From NCBI GenBank assembly GCA_964631415.1, contig CAZVZC010000013.1, forward strand, positions 1 through 28,732: a stretch of DNA of 28,732 nucleotides, read 5' to 3'. Origin of the DNA: an uncultured archaeon. GTDB taxonomy: Archaea > Asgardarchaeota > Thorarchaeia > Thorarchaeales > Thorarchaeaceae. The notes beneath the pieces were generated by a model. It had not been told where the DNA came from and did no database searches. It worked only from the letters and a program-made list of their open reading frames with translations. Below are positions 1 through 8,233 of this stretch, in pieces. The position numbers and the translations under genes are program-made. Each line of letters begins with the position of its first letter. Positions within the stretch are counted from its first letter, which is position 1.

Positions 1-245
1 GCTCCTGTGAGAATAACCAACACCACAGTCAAGAACGTGAGTGTCTTGGTCCACTTCTCTGCTGCTCTCTGCGCAGCGTAGGACTTCTCTTGGACCCCGT
101 GCATGATCCAGAGCCCCGCCACCTCTAGGAGGTTGATACTGCCCTGCAAGTTGTGAAGTGATCGGTCTCCAGCTATGTCTGCTTCCTTAAGCCCAAGGTC
201 CCTTATTGCCGCTATCTGCTCCCTCTCAACATGACTTCCTGTTGT
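1..245 (-). other. Open frame running off the window edge; possible degraded or partial membrane protein gene
   Basis: Stop-free minus frame 245->1 reads ...HVEREQIAAIRDLGLKEADIAGDRSLHNLQGSINLLEVAGLWIMHGVQEKSYAAQRAAEKWTKTLTFLTVVLVILTGA, ending in a hydrophobic helix. An in-frame TGA lies at 246-248 and there is no convincing start. Confidence 0.3.
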
Positions 246-367
246 TCAGGGGATTCGTCTTCGATGTTAACGTTCAGCTCATACCCTGTGATGAAGGCTG
301 GGCTCGCGGAGGGAAGGAGAGAGCGGGATGTTCATTTGCCAACCCCTCCCTTGCCTTTGGCTAGTCA

Positions 368-2170
368 TTACTGAAACATATGATTGATGTACCAAGAAGG
401 ATCCTCAGTGAGCCATTGGATTTCATTGATTCCAGTGAGATCAATACCCGCATTGTTCAACGCCACTAATGCTAGGAAGTTCACGACGGCTACCGATTCG
501 TCATCTATGAGCTTCTCTAGGATTGCCGGATTCAGTTCCACATCGATGCGATGAATTCCGACTAGCTCATATTCACCGATGAAAGCCATCAGTTCACTCA
601 GAGGAATACTCTCATCGGTTGAAGGAGTCCCCTGACCACGAAGGCAACCACTGCCGTCGCTTGCTGTGAATCCGAAACTATCGACTACCAGCTTATACCT
701 ATCGATGAGATCTAGGACTCTGTTAACCTCCAGAATGCTGCTGAAGGTTATCGTTGCAGGGATACTGAGTTCGCTATTCAGGTGTGTGGCATCAGTGAGT
801 GCCTCAGCTTGCATATCGGCTATCAGGGTTTCAACATCAGCTCTAGTCTTCAAGCCTTCAATGTTAATTCGAGTGTAGATACTTGCATAGTGAGGATACA
901 CGCCGCTAACGATGATGTCATACCATGAATGGTGCTCCCTGTATTCAATGACCTGAGAATCGTTGCTCGGTATCATGTCGCCGGCAGCCTTGAACACCTG
1001 CTCTAGGGCAGAACTCTGGGAATGGTACAAGGTTTCTCCGTCAATCTCCAACCATCCCACTGCATATGCGGGGGGATCAACGAGGGCTACCCAGTCGTTT
1101 TCATTCCCGAGCTCAGCTTCAAGAGTCATGTCAACATACCCTGTTTCCAGAACAACATATCTAATCCTAGAGTCATAGGTATAGTATGCCATCATGAGCT
1201 CAGGGTTCCTCGTGAAAACCTCGACTTCGTCATACTTATCATCTAGTTGCTCTTGCATGCCTGACCAAGTATGGCCTACGATCCCAGGCATTGTTGTCGC
1301 ATACCACTGGTCATACTCTAGTGCAGTGTAAGGTTCACTTCTGAACTCATGGAGGTAACATGGATTCCAGCCCCACGGGAGACCTCCTCCAGCGACATAC
1401 GGCAAGTGGTTTCTAAGCATGTCATCGAGAGGTCCCTGCCGGAAGTAGTAATCTGATTCCACATAGCATCTGTAGTTGGAACCATACCAATCGTGCGCAT
1501 ACTCCACAAGAGTTCGATAGCCAGGCGAGTAGAACCATGCCTCAGCAGACTCCCACGCAACCTGAACCTTCTGTTGAATCCACGCATCAGCTGCCCTGAG
1601 TCTAATGACATAGTCACGGGATTGGATCAAACTCAAGATACTGCCTAGACTCCCAGGACTGCTGAATGCTACCCAATTCCATGAATTGGCATAACCGTTT
1701 GTTACTATATCCGTCTTCCAGACAGAGCTCTGCGTTGTCAGGTCGAAGATCTCTACACTGCCTACAGTCGTTACCTGGGCATAGCTGTACTTGCATCCAA
1801 AGTGTCCCCTAAATATGAGGTCCCTAGCGTCCTCGATTTCCATTCTTGATTCGAGAACCAGCTGGCCCATAATGCCCGCGTCAGAGTAGGTGTCGAACAA
1901 TATCTCTTGATCATAGTTGAAAAGCAGGTCCTGTTTCACTTGTATCACGTCCATCAAGCTAGACCAGAGCTTGTACTCATATCCCACGTAGGGTGTGCTT
2001 GTGAATATCCAGTACGAAGACATCTGCCACATTTCGACATCGCCCACCGCTTTGGTCTGCCAGGTATCCCACGATGTCGCATCCGCTGTCGGAACAAAAG
2101 GTGCAATTGTGAGTCCAAGCAGAAGTAGAAACATAATAGTAGAAACGAGTCTCTTTCGTTCTAGTCTCAT
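368..2170 (-). CDS. Secreted hypothetical protein, 600 aa
   Basis: Long ORF with a Sec-type signal peptide (basic N-terminus, hydrophobic core, ADA cleavage motif) and a GGGTG RBS-like motif upstream. Tyr/Trp-rich and acidic. No family recognised. Confidence 0.85.
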   Translation of the reverse strand: MRLERKRLVSTIMFLLLLGLTIAPFVPTADATSWDTWQTKAVGDVEMWQMSSYWIFTSTPYVGYEYKLWSSLMDVIQVKQDLLFNYDQEILFDTYSDAGIMGQLVLESRMEIEDARDLIFRGHFGCKYSYAQVTTVGSVEIFDLTTQSSVWKTDIVTNGYANSWNWVAFSSPGSLGSILSLIQSRDYVIRLRAADAWIQQKVQVAWESAEAWFYSPGYRTLVEYAHDWYGSNYRCYVESDYYFRQGPLDDMLRNHLPYVAGGGLPWGWNPCYLHEFRSEPYTALEYDQWYATTMPGIVGHTWSGMQEQLDDKYDEVEVFTRNPELMMAYYTYDSRIRYVVLETGYVDMTLEAELGNENDWVALVDPPAYAVGWLEIDGETLYHSQSSALEQVFKAAGDMIPSNDSQVIEYREHHSWYDIIVSGVYPHYASIYTRINIEGLKTRADVETLIADMQAEALTDATHLNSELSIPATITFSSILEVNRVLDLIDRYKLVVDSFGFTASDGSGCLRGQGTPSTDESIPLSELMAFIGEYELVGIHRIDVELNPAILEKLIDDESVAVVNFLALVALNNAGIDLTGINEIQWLTEDPSWYINHMFQ

Positions 2171-2409
2171 ACACCCACCGTCCTGCTCATACAGGCAGTT
2201 GTCTGATCTGACGTGTCGTTAGTTGACTGATGATCGTGAACGATTGAAAAGAAACAGGAATCCTTGCATTTCCCCTTCAATCAGATGAACTGTCCAATAC
2301 CTGAATAGCCTGCATTTCTAATATACGCGCGTTTTGATAATAAACGATTCGGTCAGACGCTTGTTACCGCAAATCTTATACAGCTGGGCGCCCACTAGCT
2401 ATCCTGAGT

Positions 2410-3168
2410 GTGCAGGCAAGGATGGAGGATGCCATGGCTGGCGATAGTTACGGCTTCATTAAGCTTGTGACCATAAGCTACTTCTTCTTTGCGTTCGCGT
2501 ACTGCCTGAGCATAGTAGTCGCGTTATTAGTTGGAGTTGTCGGAAGACTCGTACCAGTGGACGGCATCTGGTTTCAGATAGTCGGCGACCTCTTTGTCCA
2601 GAGTTCTGGCTTGGCAGTCAGGGTGTTCATCTCCATTCTCCCCCTGATCGTCCTGCTAAACCTGAACTATATGTGGTTTGGAAGGCTCCTCACTTCCAAG
2701 CCTCTCGTCGCAGGGCATGTGTTTGTTCAGACTGTGTTTGGGGTCATCGTTGCTCTGCCTCTCCTGACACTTGCCATGGGCATGATGATCATTTCGGCGG
2801 AGCTGTTGGGATTCTGGGAGACCCTTCGTGCCTGGGCTGCCATCTTCTTTCTTGTGCTTCTGTTATACATGCTTGCACTCACTGTTCTCTCGGGGAGTAA
2901 GAAGAAACGAGTCCTTGCTCGAAGCCTTTCGAACCCAGAACTGTGGGTGCTGTATGTCCTCGTTTCCCTCATGTTACTGTTCCCAGTGGCTTCAGTGATC
3001 TATCCCTTCTTCAAGGGGTATTGGACTAACATTCATATGGGTTACGAGGGGTATTGGACTTACGCCCTAGAGTACTTTCTAAAGGCGCTCTTAATCTCCT
3101 TGATTCTCCCAGCCATGCCATACATATTTGCTCGATTCAGTGTGAGGACGGATTCATTCACTGATTGA
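2410..3168 (+). CDS. Multi-pass membrane protein, hypothetical
   Basis: About 6-7 hydrophobic segments. BRE/TATA-like CGCAAATCTTATA at ~2369-2381. The start may be a downstream ATG. Confidence 0.8.
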   Translation: MQARMEDAMAGDSYGFIKLVTISYFFFAFAYCLSIVVALLVGVVGRLVPVDGIWFQIVGDLFVQSSGLAVRVFISILPLIVLLNLNYMWFGRLLTSKPLVAGHVFVQTVFGVIVALPLLTLAMGMMIISAELLGFWETLRAWAAIFFLVLLLYMLALTVLSGSKKKRVLARSLSNPELWVLYVLVSLMLLFPVASVIYPFFKGYWTNIHMGYEGYWTYALEYFLKALLISLILPAMPYIFARFSVRTDSFTD

Positions 3169-3170
3169 AA

Positions 3171-3896
3171 CCTATAGGCGGATACTATTAGACTCGAAAG
3201 CTGTGCACGGACGGCGAAACGTTCGACCTCGACCTGCGAGCAGTCGTAGTGCTCAATGGAATTAGTGCCGAAGTAACACAGCCGGACCTGATGAGACGGT
3301 GCGTGATGCTCAAGTTCCCTTTCATCCCACCAAGCAAGAGACTTACAGAGTTGGAGATAGGGAAGGGGATTCGAGCCCTTGGACCGCAGGTTCTGAGAGC
3401 CATTTTCAGCATTGTGAGTAAAGCGATGACACTCGTTCCCAAGTATGCAGGAATGGCGAACAAGCCCCTGATGGCTGACTTCGCTGTATGGAGCTGCGCG
3501 ATCACAGAAGCACTTGGCCGTGACCCGAATGGGTTCCTACATCTCTACCGCGACAATCAAAAGCTGCAAACTGAGGAGGTCATATCAAGTGACCTGTTCA
3601 GTACACATCTTGTCGAATACCTAGAGATGCGTGAAGCACTTGAGAAGAAGAGAACATTCGTAAGCGTGAAGCAGACATTGCTCGATTCTCTGACAATGGG
3701 CGCATAGGTGAGCGCACCGAGCATTGTGAACAGCAAGTACTGGCCGAAGACAATAAAGGCACTTACTCGCAGACTGGACAAGTTGAGGGCGACTCTGCGG
3801 GCGCTCGGTTGGGAATACACGGAGAGTAGGGGGACAACTGCTAGCGGCACGCGTGAACTGTTGATAGAGTTCACACACAATTATGAGCCTACCTGA
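3171..3896 (+). pseudogene. 5'-truncated relic of a mobile-element replication ATPase/helicase-like protein, interrupted by in-frame TAG at 3189-3191 and 3705-3707
   Basis: A single frame reads GGYY*TRKLCTDGETFDLDLRAVVVLNGI..QPDLMRRC..MADFAVWSCAITEALG..MGA*VSAP..YWPKTIKALTRRLDKLRATLRALG. From memory this resembles the C-terminal half of ATP-binding proteins in plasmid and integrated-element replication modules (RxLYTD, LNGI, PDLxxR, MADFAxW, WPK motifs). Walker A is missing. Confidence 0.65.
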
Positions 3897-3998
3897 TTAC
3901 CTGATTTGACCTATGTGTGATCACTTAAGGTAACCTAAGCAGAACAACACTAAAGCACCTAAAGTAAAAACAGAGTGTGGAATCAGGTAATCAGGTAG
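3889..3998. repeat. Perfect 18-bp inverted repeat built from tandem 8-mers; candidate replication origin (iterons)
   Basis: CTACCTGATTACCTGATT (3889-3906) is the exact reverse complement of AATCAGGTAATCAGGTAG (3981-3998). Each arm contains TACCTGAT twice. The 74-nt spacer is A-rich. Confidence 0.85.
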
Positions 3999-4115
3999 AA
4001 GGTCGGGACAACGATAGGTGGGCCTTGCCTCTTCTGTTAGGACATGTGCTTAATAGACCTCAGAGTCATGCCATTCTCACGAATCTGCCTAAGGGCAGAC
4101 AATGGAGGGGGAGCC

Positions 4116-4541
4116 ATGAGTCCTGACAACGAAGAGACTCCAATTGTAAAACAAATGAAGTCCATTCTAAGCCCCAGCATGAACCCACTCACAAGATCAC
4201 TACTTGGTTACGTGTACATTTTCCTTGGCGAACTCTTTGATGGAGTCATGGTTGAGATGCCGCGAGAGTCGTTCTTCGATGAAATAGCCTGGACTCATGA
4301 GTTCACAGAAATCACTCTTGCAAAGATAATGTACGGCCTTTGTGATGGTTCCTATTTGCTCTGTCGATGTGACAGGGATTGTAGTGTACCTATCTCTTGG
4401 TTGAGCGATGACATTGAAATCCAACTGCCTATCTGTCATTTTGTATCCAGTTTGATCACTTTCTGCAATCTGCCAAACAAGACCGGATACGAAGTAGTAG
4501 ATGGTGACAGACTTTGGAATGCTGCTATTGAACAGCGTTGA
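4116..4541 (+). CDS. Hypothetical protein, ~141 aa
   Basis: ATG at 4116 preceded by GGAGGGGGAG. TATA-like CTTAATA at ~4050. No family recognised. Confidence 0.6.
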   Translation: MSPDNEETPIVKQMKSILSPSMNPLTRSLLGYVYIFLGELFDGVMVEMPRESFFDEIAWTHEFTEITLAKIMYGLCDGSYLLCRCDRDCSVPISWLSDDIEIQLPICHFVSSLITFCNLPNKTGYEVVDGDRLWNAAIEQR

Positions 4542-4599
4542 CATAGTGAGATTGGGTCACCTCAGAAGCGTCTACGCGTTTTTATAGAAACGGTGCGCG

Positions 4600-4818
4600 G
4601 TGTCAGACATGATAGTTAAGGTCGCTATCAAGATCACACTTGCCGGCATTCTGGGTCTCTTTGCTCTGTTGGCCGCGATGGATGTCGTAATGCTCTCCGC
4701 AGCCATGGCTGTCGGATTGGACCCTGCTCTGGCATTGAGCCATTTCATGACGGTGGTAGTCACACTGGTTTGCTTTGCCTTCTTGATTATAGTCATGTGC
4801 CTCGTACTCAAGCATTGA
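4600..4818 (+). CDS. Small two-helix membrane protein
   Basis: Two long hydrophobic stretches. TTTTATA at ~4580-4586 just upstream. The start may be ATG at 4609. Confidence 0.55.
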   Translation: MSDMIVKVAIKITLAGILGLFALLAAMDVVMLSAAMAVGLDPALALSHFMTVVVTLVCFAFLIIVMCLVLKH

Positions 4819-4893
4819 GCTTAGCATGACAAGTGTGCTTGGTTAGCTTATAATACACACAAACAAATGCTTGTTGTGAACACCTCGAAAGAC

Positions 4894-4991
4894 GAGTGGA
4901 GGCTTCACTAGGGATTCACTAGTTCTAGAGCACCCTCAGTAACTCCTCGACACCCCTCCCTACCTGTTTTGACAGTGTGAAACCTCCACTC
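4894..4991. repeat. 15-bp inverted repeat (one mismatch) enclosing nested stems; possible structured RNA or element end
   Basis: GAGTGGAGGCTTCAC (4894-4908) versus GTGAAACCTCCACTC (4977-4991), with internal TAGGGA/TCCCTA and CTGT/ACAG pairings. Confidence 0.7.
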
Positions 4992-5026
4992 CTCCTCTAG
5001 TCGCATCGGAGCTGATTGGGCACTAA

Positions 5027-5072
5027 ACACCTTGGTCATGGCACAGAGTCATGCGCCGCTGGACCAAGGTGT
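5027..5072 (-). terminator. Stem-loop just downstream of the rubrerythrin stop
   Basis: Perfect 11-bp ACACCTTGGTC/GACCAAGGTGT stem plus a 6-bp upper stem on the minus strand. It starts 10 nt after the TGA and has only a short U run. Confidence 0.55.
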
Positions 5073-5082
5073 CGCGAAGGTT

Positions 5083-5667
5083 TCAGAACTCGACCGTGTG
5101 TATCTGGTAGAAGTCCTTGGGATGATCACACGCGGGACACTTTTCGGGTGGACTAGTTCCTTCGTGGATGTAGCCGCAGTTCGAACATCGCCACTTGACC
5201 TTGGTCTCACGCTTGAACACGCGACCTTTGGCGATGTTATCAGCCAGCATCGTATAACGCTGCTCATGCCATGACTCTGCTTTGGCGATGGCTTTCCATA
5301 CTGCGGCTATGAGCGAGAACCCCTCCTTCTCTGCGGTTTCCGCAAAACCGGGGTAGATCTGCGAGGTTTCCATGTGCTCGCCTGCCGCGGCAGCGCGAAG
5401 GTTCTGCTCGGTCGTACCGAGCGGCCCGGTCGGGTACTCCGCCTCAATCTTGACCGCAGCGCCGGTCTTGTTGTCTTGGAGTAACTTGAAGAACCGGGAG
5501 GCATGCTCCTTCTCTTGGCCCGCTGTTTCTTCGAAGATGGCTGATATCTGGATGAATCCCTCCTTCTTCGCTGTGCTTGCATAGTAAGTGTAGCGGTTGC
5601 GAGCCTGCGACTCGCCAGCGAACGAAGCCAAGAGATTCTTCTCGGTCTTTGATCCTTTCAGTTCCAT
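5083..5667 (-). CDS. rbr: Rubrerythrin
   Basis: MELKGSKTEKNLLASFAGESQARNRY, diiron motifs EKEH and ESWH, and a C-terminal rubredoxin-like CSNC...CPAC. GGAGG RBS before ATG 5667. Confidence 0.97.
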   Translation of the reverse strand: MELKGSKTEKNLLASFAGESQARNRYTYYASTAKKEGFIQISAIFEETAGQEKEHASRFFKLLQDNKTGAAVKIEAEYPTGPLGTTEQNLRAAAAGEHMETSQIYPGFAETAEKEGFSLIAAVWKAIAKAESWHEQRYTMLADNIAKGRVFKRETKVKWRCSNCGYIHEGTSPPEKCPACDHPKDFYQIHTVEF

Positions 5668-5812
5668 GATGATTTCCTCCATTCGTCCCCAACAAACGTA
5701 CTCGAAAGCTGTGAGTATGTGTATCCGGGGACAGAATGTGGGGGATTGGCAGACGTTCACTATTAAGTGTGACCGTGTGGCACATTCGCAGTGCTGCAAG
5801 GGCATGAACCTG

Positions 5813-7009
5813 TTAATGTTGAACTTTGGCGGCGATGGCCCGGGCAAGTCTCTTGCAGTCTTCCAGTTCCTGACTAGTGGGCCTACCGTGCACATCAATC
5901 ACCGGTTCCAAAACCTCGAACTTCATATCTTCAAACTTATCTTTGAGCCGCCTCACGCCACCGCCCGCCCATCCGAACGTCCCGAATAGGCATATTGGTC
6001 TCTTAGCGAACCTCTTGCCTTCCATCTCGTTGACGAAGGCCCAGATTCTTGGGAAGGGATACGCATCATAGGTTGGAGTACCGATTGCTATCACGCCCGC
6101 GCGCAATGTATCAGTGATAATCCTGCTAATCTCGGAGTAAGATATGTTGTGAATTTTCACCGGAACAGCAAGATTCTCCAGTTCCTTCTTGATTGTCATT
6201 GCCACTCTGTGAGTGAAGCCATACATGGTCCCGTATATGATTGTGCAGCCTTTCTCAAGATCGGGAGAGCTCCATTCCGCATACCGACTGACAATCCACA
6301 TTGGATTCTTGCGATAGACTGGACCGTGACTTGGGGCAATCATCTTCAGATCGATACCGAGTGCCTTGACCTTGGCAATCGCTTGCTGTACGAACTTGAG
6401 GTAGCTAGTGATTATCGCTGAGAGATACCTTCTGCTTTCAGACTCGACCATGCGCATGTCGATTTCGTCGTCAAAGTGGTTTCCATTCAGTGCACCAAAT
6501 GAACCGAACGCGTCGCATGAGAACAGTATATGGTCTCTCATGTCATAGGTCATCATGGTTTCTGGCCAATGTAGAAATTGCGCATGCACAAACTTCAGGG
6601 TCCGCTTGCCGAGAGAGAGTTCTTCCAGATCATTGACTATCTTCTCCCTCAGTCTGACATCGTAGAATGACCTTTGCATCTCTGACGCCTTGGGCGTGTA
6701 TATCATGGTCGCGTTTTCGGCAATCTCAGCAATGTGAGGAAGCGCACCAGTGTGGTCCGGCTCCATATGATTCATGATGATGTAGTCAATCTTGGCTGGG
6801 TCCACAACCTCTCTTATGTTGGCGATCCATTCGTCTGCCCAAGGTTCCTTAACGCACTCGATCAAGGCGATCTTCTCATCCACAATCAAATAGCTATTGT
6901 ATGATACACCGTAAGGCAGTGCCCAAAGGTTCTCGAACAGAGATGTGTGGTGGTCGTCCACGCCGACATAGTATACACCTCTGGCAATCTCTCGATTCAC
7001 AGACTTCAC
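5813..7009 (-). CDS. fprA: Flavodiiron protein (FprA/A-type flavoprotein; O2/NO reductase family)
   Basis: Metallo-beta-lactamase domain motifs HMEPDH, HWPE, SCDAFG and PSHG, plus a flavodoxin domain (YGTMYGFT, GTPTY, FGTFGW). TTTTAT TATA-like ~30 nt upstream. Confidence 0.96.
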   Translation of the reverse strand: MKSVNREIARGVYYVGVDDHHTSLFENLWALPYGVSYNSYLIVDEKIALIECVKEPWADEWIANIREVVDPAKIDYIIMNHMEPDHTGALPHIAEIAENATMIYTPKASEMQRSFYDVRLREKIVNDLEELSLGKRTLKFVHAQFLHWPETMMTYDMRDHILFSCDAFGSFGALNGNHFDDEIDMRMVESESRRYLSAIITSYLKFVQQAIAKVKALGIDLKMIAPSHGPVYRKNPMWIVSRYAEWSSPDLEKGCTIIYGTMYGFTHRVAMTIKKELENLAVPVKIHNISYSEISRIITDTLRAGVIAIGTPTYDAYPFPRIWAFVNEMEGKRFAKRPICLFGTFGWAGGGVRRLKDKFEDMKFEVLEPVIDVHGRPTSQELEDCKRLARAIAAKVQH

Positions 7010-7166
7010 CTACGAACGAATTCGGGTTTGAATTCCATCATAAAAGCTGCTCGGCTTGACAACGAAAGAGCCAGGACGGAGCGACGCCGCTGTGCCGTCC
7101 ATCAACAACGCATAAGTGCAGGCGTTGCCGGTCAGAGTCAGTGTCGCTCTGCGGAGCTGTGTCCCA

Positions 7167-7745
7167 TTGAACAAACGTTCCATTGCTGCTGTCATGATCC
7201 TGGCTACTGCACTGGCAGCGTTCACGCTACTCTCTATCAGCGCCTTGGGTGCGCTACCAATCGACGCGACTGACTTCTGGATGGAACCCTTTTCCTCGCG
7301 CACCTCTTATGCAGACTGCAGTGCCGGCGACGTACTTCATGGAACGTTCGAAGTGATACAGGATGGCGACCTCTTTCCGGGCGATCAGACCAAGTACGAC
7401 ATTTGGCTGATTGAGGGCGTTGACTTCTTCATCTTTGATGAGTCAAACTATAGTCTTTGGCTCGAGGGAAGTGATGCGACAGCCGCCTATGCCAATGAAC
7501 GAGAGTCTGGGTTGTCTTGGAGCATCAGGATTCCGGACTCCGGCCGATGGTACATCGTGTATTTCAATGGATCAGTATTCAGGAAGCATGTGGCGGCAAT
7601 AGCTGCACGTTCAGGCAGTGCAGGTATGGCCGTTCTTGTTGTGCCGCCGGTCTTGGGGGGCTGCATCTTGCTGAGCCTCCTCTTGCTAACGCGAGCTCGG
7701 GGTCGCAGACAGTCGGTGCTTCAGACCGGCGGACTTCGGCACTGA
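7167..7745 (+). CDS. Type-I membrane protein: signal peptide, beta-rich ectodomain (emp24/GOLD-like by pattern), C-terminal TM helix and basic tail
   Basis: TTG 7167 after GGAG gives MNKRSIAAVMILATALAAF. Alternating beta pattern VDFFIFDESNY...WSIRIPDSGRWYIVYFN. C-terminal hydrophobic helix followed by RARGRR. Confidence 0.75.
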   Translation: MNKRSIAAVMILATALAAFTLLSISALGALPIDATDFWMEPFSSRTSYADCSAGDVLHGTFEVIQDGDLFPGDQTKYDIWLIEGVDFFIFDESNYSLWLEGSDATAAYANERESGLSWSIRIPDSGRWYIVYFNGSVFRKHVAAIAARSGSAGMAVLVVPPVLGGCILLSLLLLTRARGRRQSVLQTGGLRH

Positions 7746-7747
7746 TG

Positions 7748-7790
7748 GTGTGAGTAGCTGGAGACTCGGTCTGATCCAGCTTTCTCACAT
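7748..7790. terminator. Hairpin between convergent genes
   Basis: GTGTGAG/CTCACAT outer stem, AGCTGGA/TCCAGCT inner stem and GAC/GTC cap. Confidence 0.5.
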
Positions 7791-7793
7791 CAT

Positions 7794-8222
7794 TCAGGTG
7801 GTCTGCTGATGAGGTGCGCTTTCCTTAGCGGGCTTGTGCAGCGCCTCATCGATGAGCTCTACTGCGTTTCTTCCGAGCAATCCACCGAAGCCTCCTAGCA
7901 GAGCTCCCAACAACACACTGATGACTATCACCAGCATCCCCATTCCGCTCAGTCCCAAGAGACCGATGAAGAACTCGGCTACTTCCATTGCTGATGCTGC
8001 GAATGAGAGGTATGCAAACAGAAGGCTCCAAGCGATAGCCACGCCAATGAAGCCAACCAAGAATGCACGCTTGGATGTCCTCGTGAACAGCGAGCCGAGT
8101 ATCCCTGCGATTAGCATAGTCACCCATGATCCGCTGAGCTCTAGCGCAATGGCGAGGATAGTCGTGATGATGATTGCCGGAACAAGTTTCAAAGATGGGA
8201 ATATGTCGTCAAGCTTACGCAT
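7794..8222 (-). CDS. Small Gly-rich 4-TM membrane protein
   Basis: Four hydrophobic helices with GxxxG-like motifs. GGAGGTGA RBS overlaps the upstream acylase stop, so the two are likely co-transcribed. Confidence 0.85.
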   Translation of the reverse strand: MRKLDDIFPSLKLVPAIIITTILAIALELSGSWVTMLIAGILGSLFTRTSKRAFLVGFIGVAIAWSLLFAYLSFAASAMEVAEFFIGLLGLSGMGMLVIVISVLLGALLGGFGGLLGRNAVELIDEALHKPAKESAPHQQTT

Positions 8223-8233
8223 TCTGTCACCTC

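Noticed and set aside
3366-3379. tRNA T-arm-like sequence on the minus strand (GGGCTCGAATCCC)
   Set aside because: It lies within the coding relic, lacks the canonical TTC, and no cloverleaf surrounds it.
4841-4870. Possible dif/Xer site (TTAGCTTATAA half-site)
   Set aside because: There is no matching second arm after a 6-nt spacer. It is better explained as a TATA box.
4894-4991. MITE interpretation of the 15-bp inverted repeat
   Set aside because: No target-site duplication and no second copy or transposase in the window. Kept only as a structured-element candidate.
5020-5085. UGA of rubrerythrin followed 10 nt later by a hairpin, resembling a bacterial SECIS arrangement
   Set aside because: The protein is already full length for its family at this UGA, read-through adds only ~20 unremarkable residues, and no AUGA/AA/GA SECIS core geometry is evident.
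5668-5898. 77-aa N-terminal extension of rubrerythrin in the ORF track
   Set aside because: It overlaps fprA, is not protein-like, and a GGAGG RBS supports ATG 5667.
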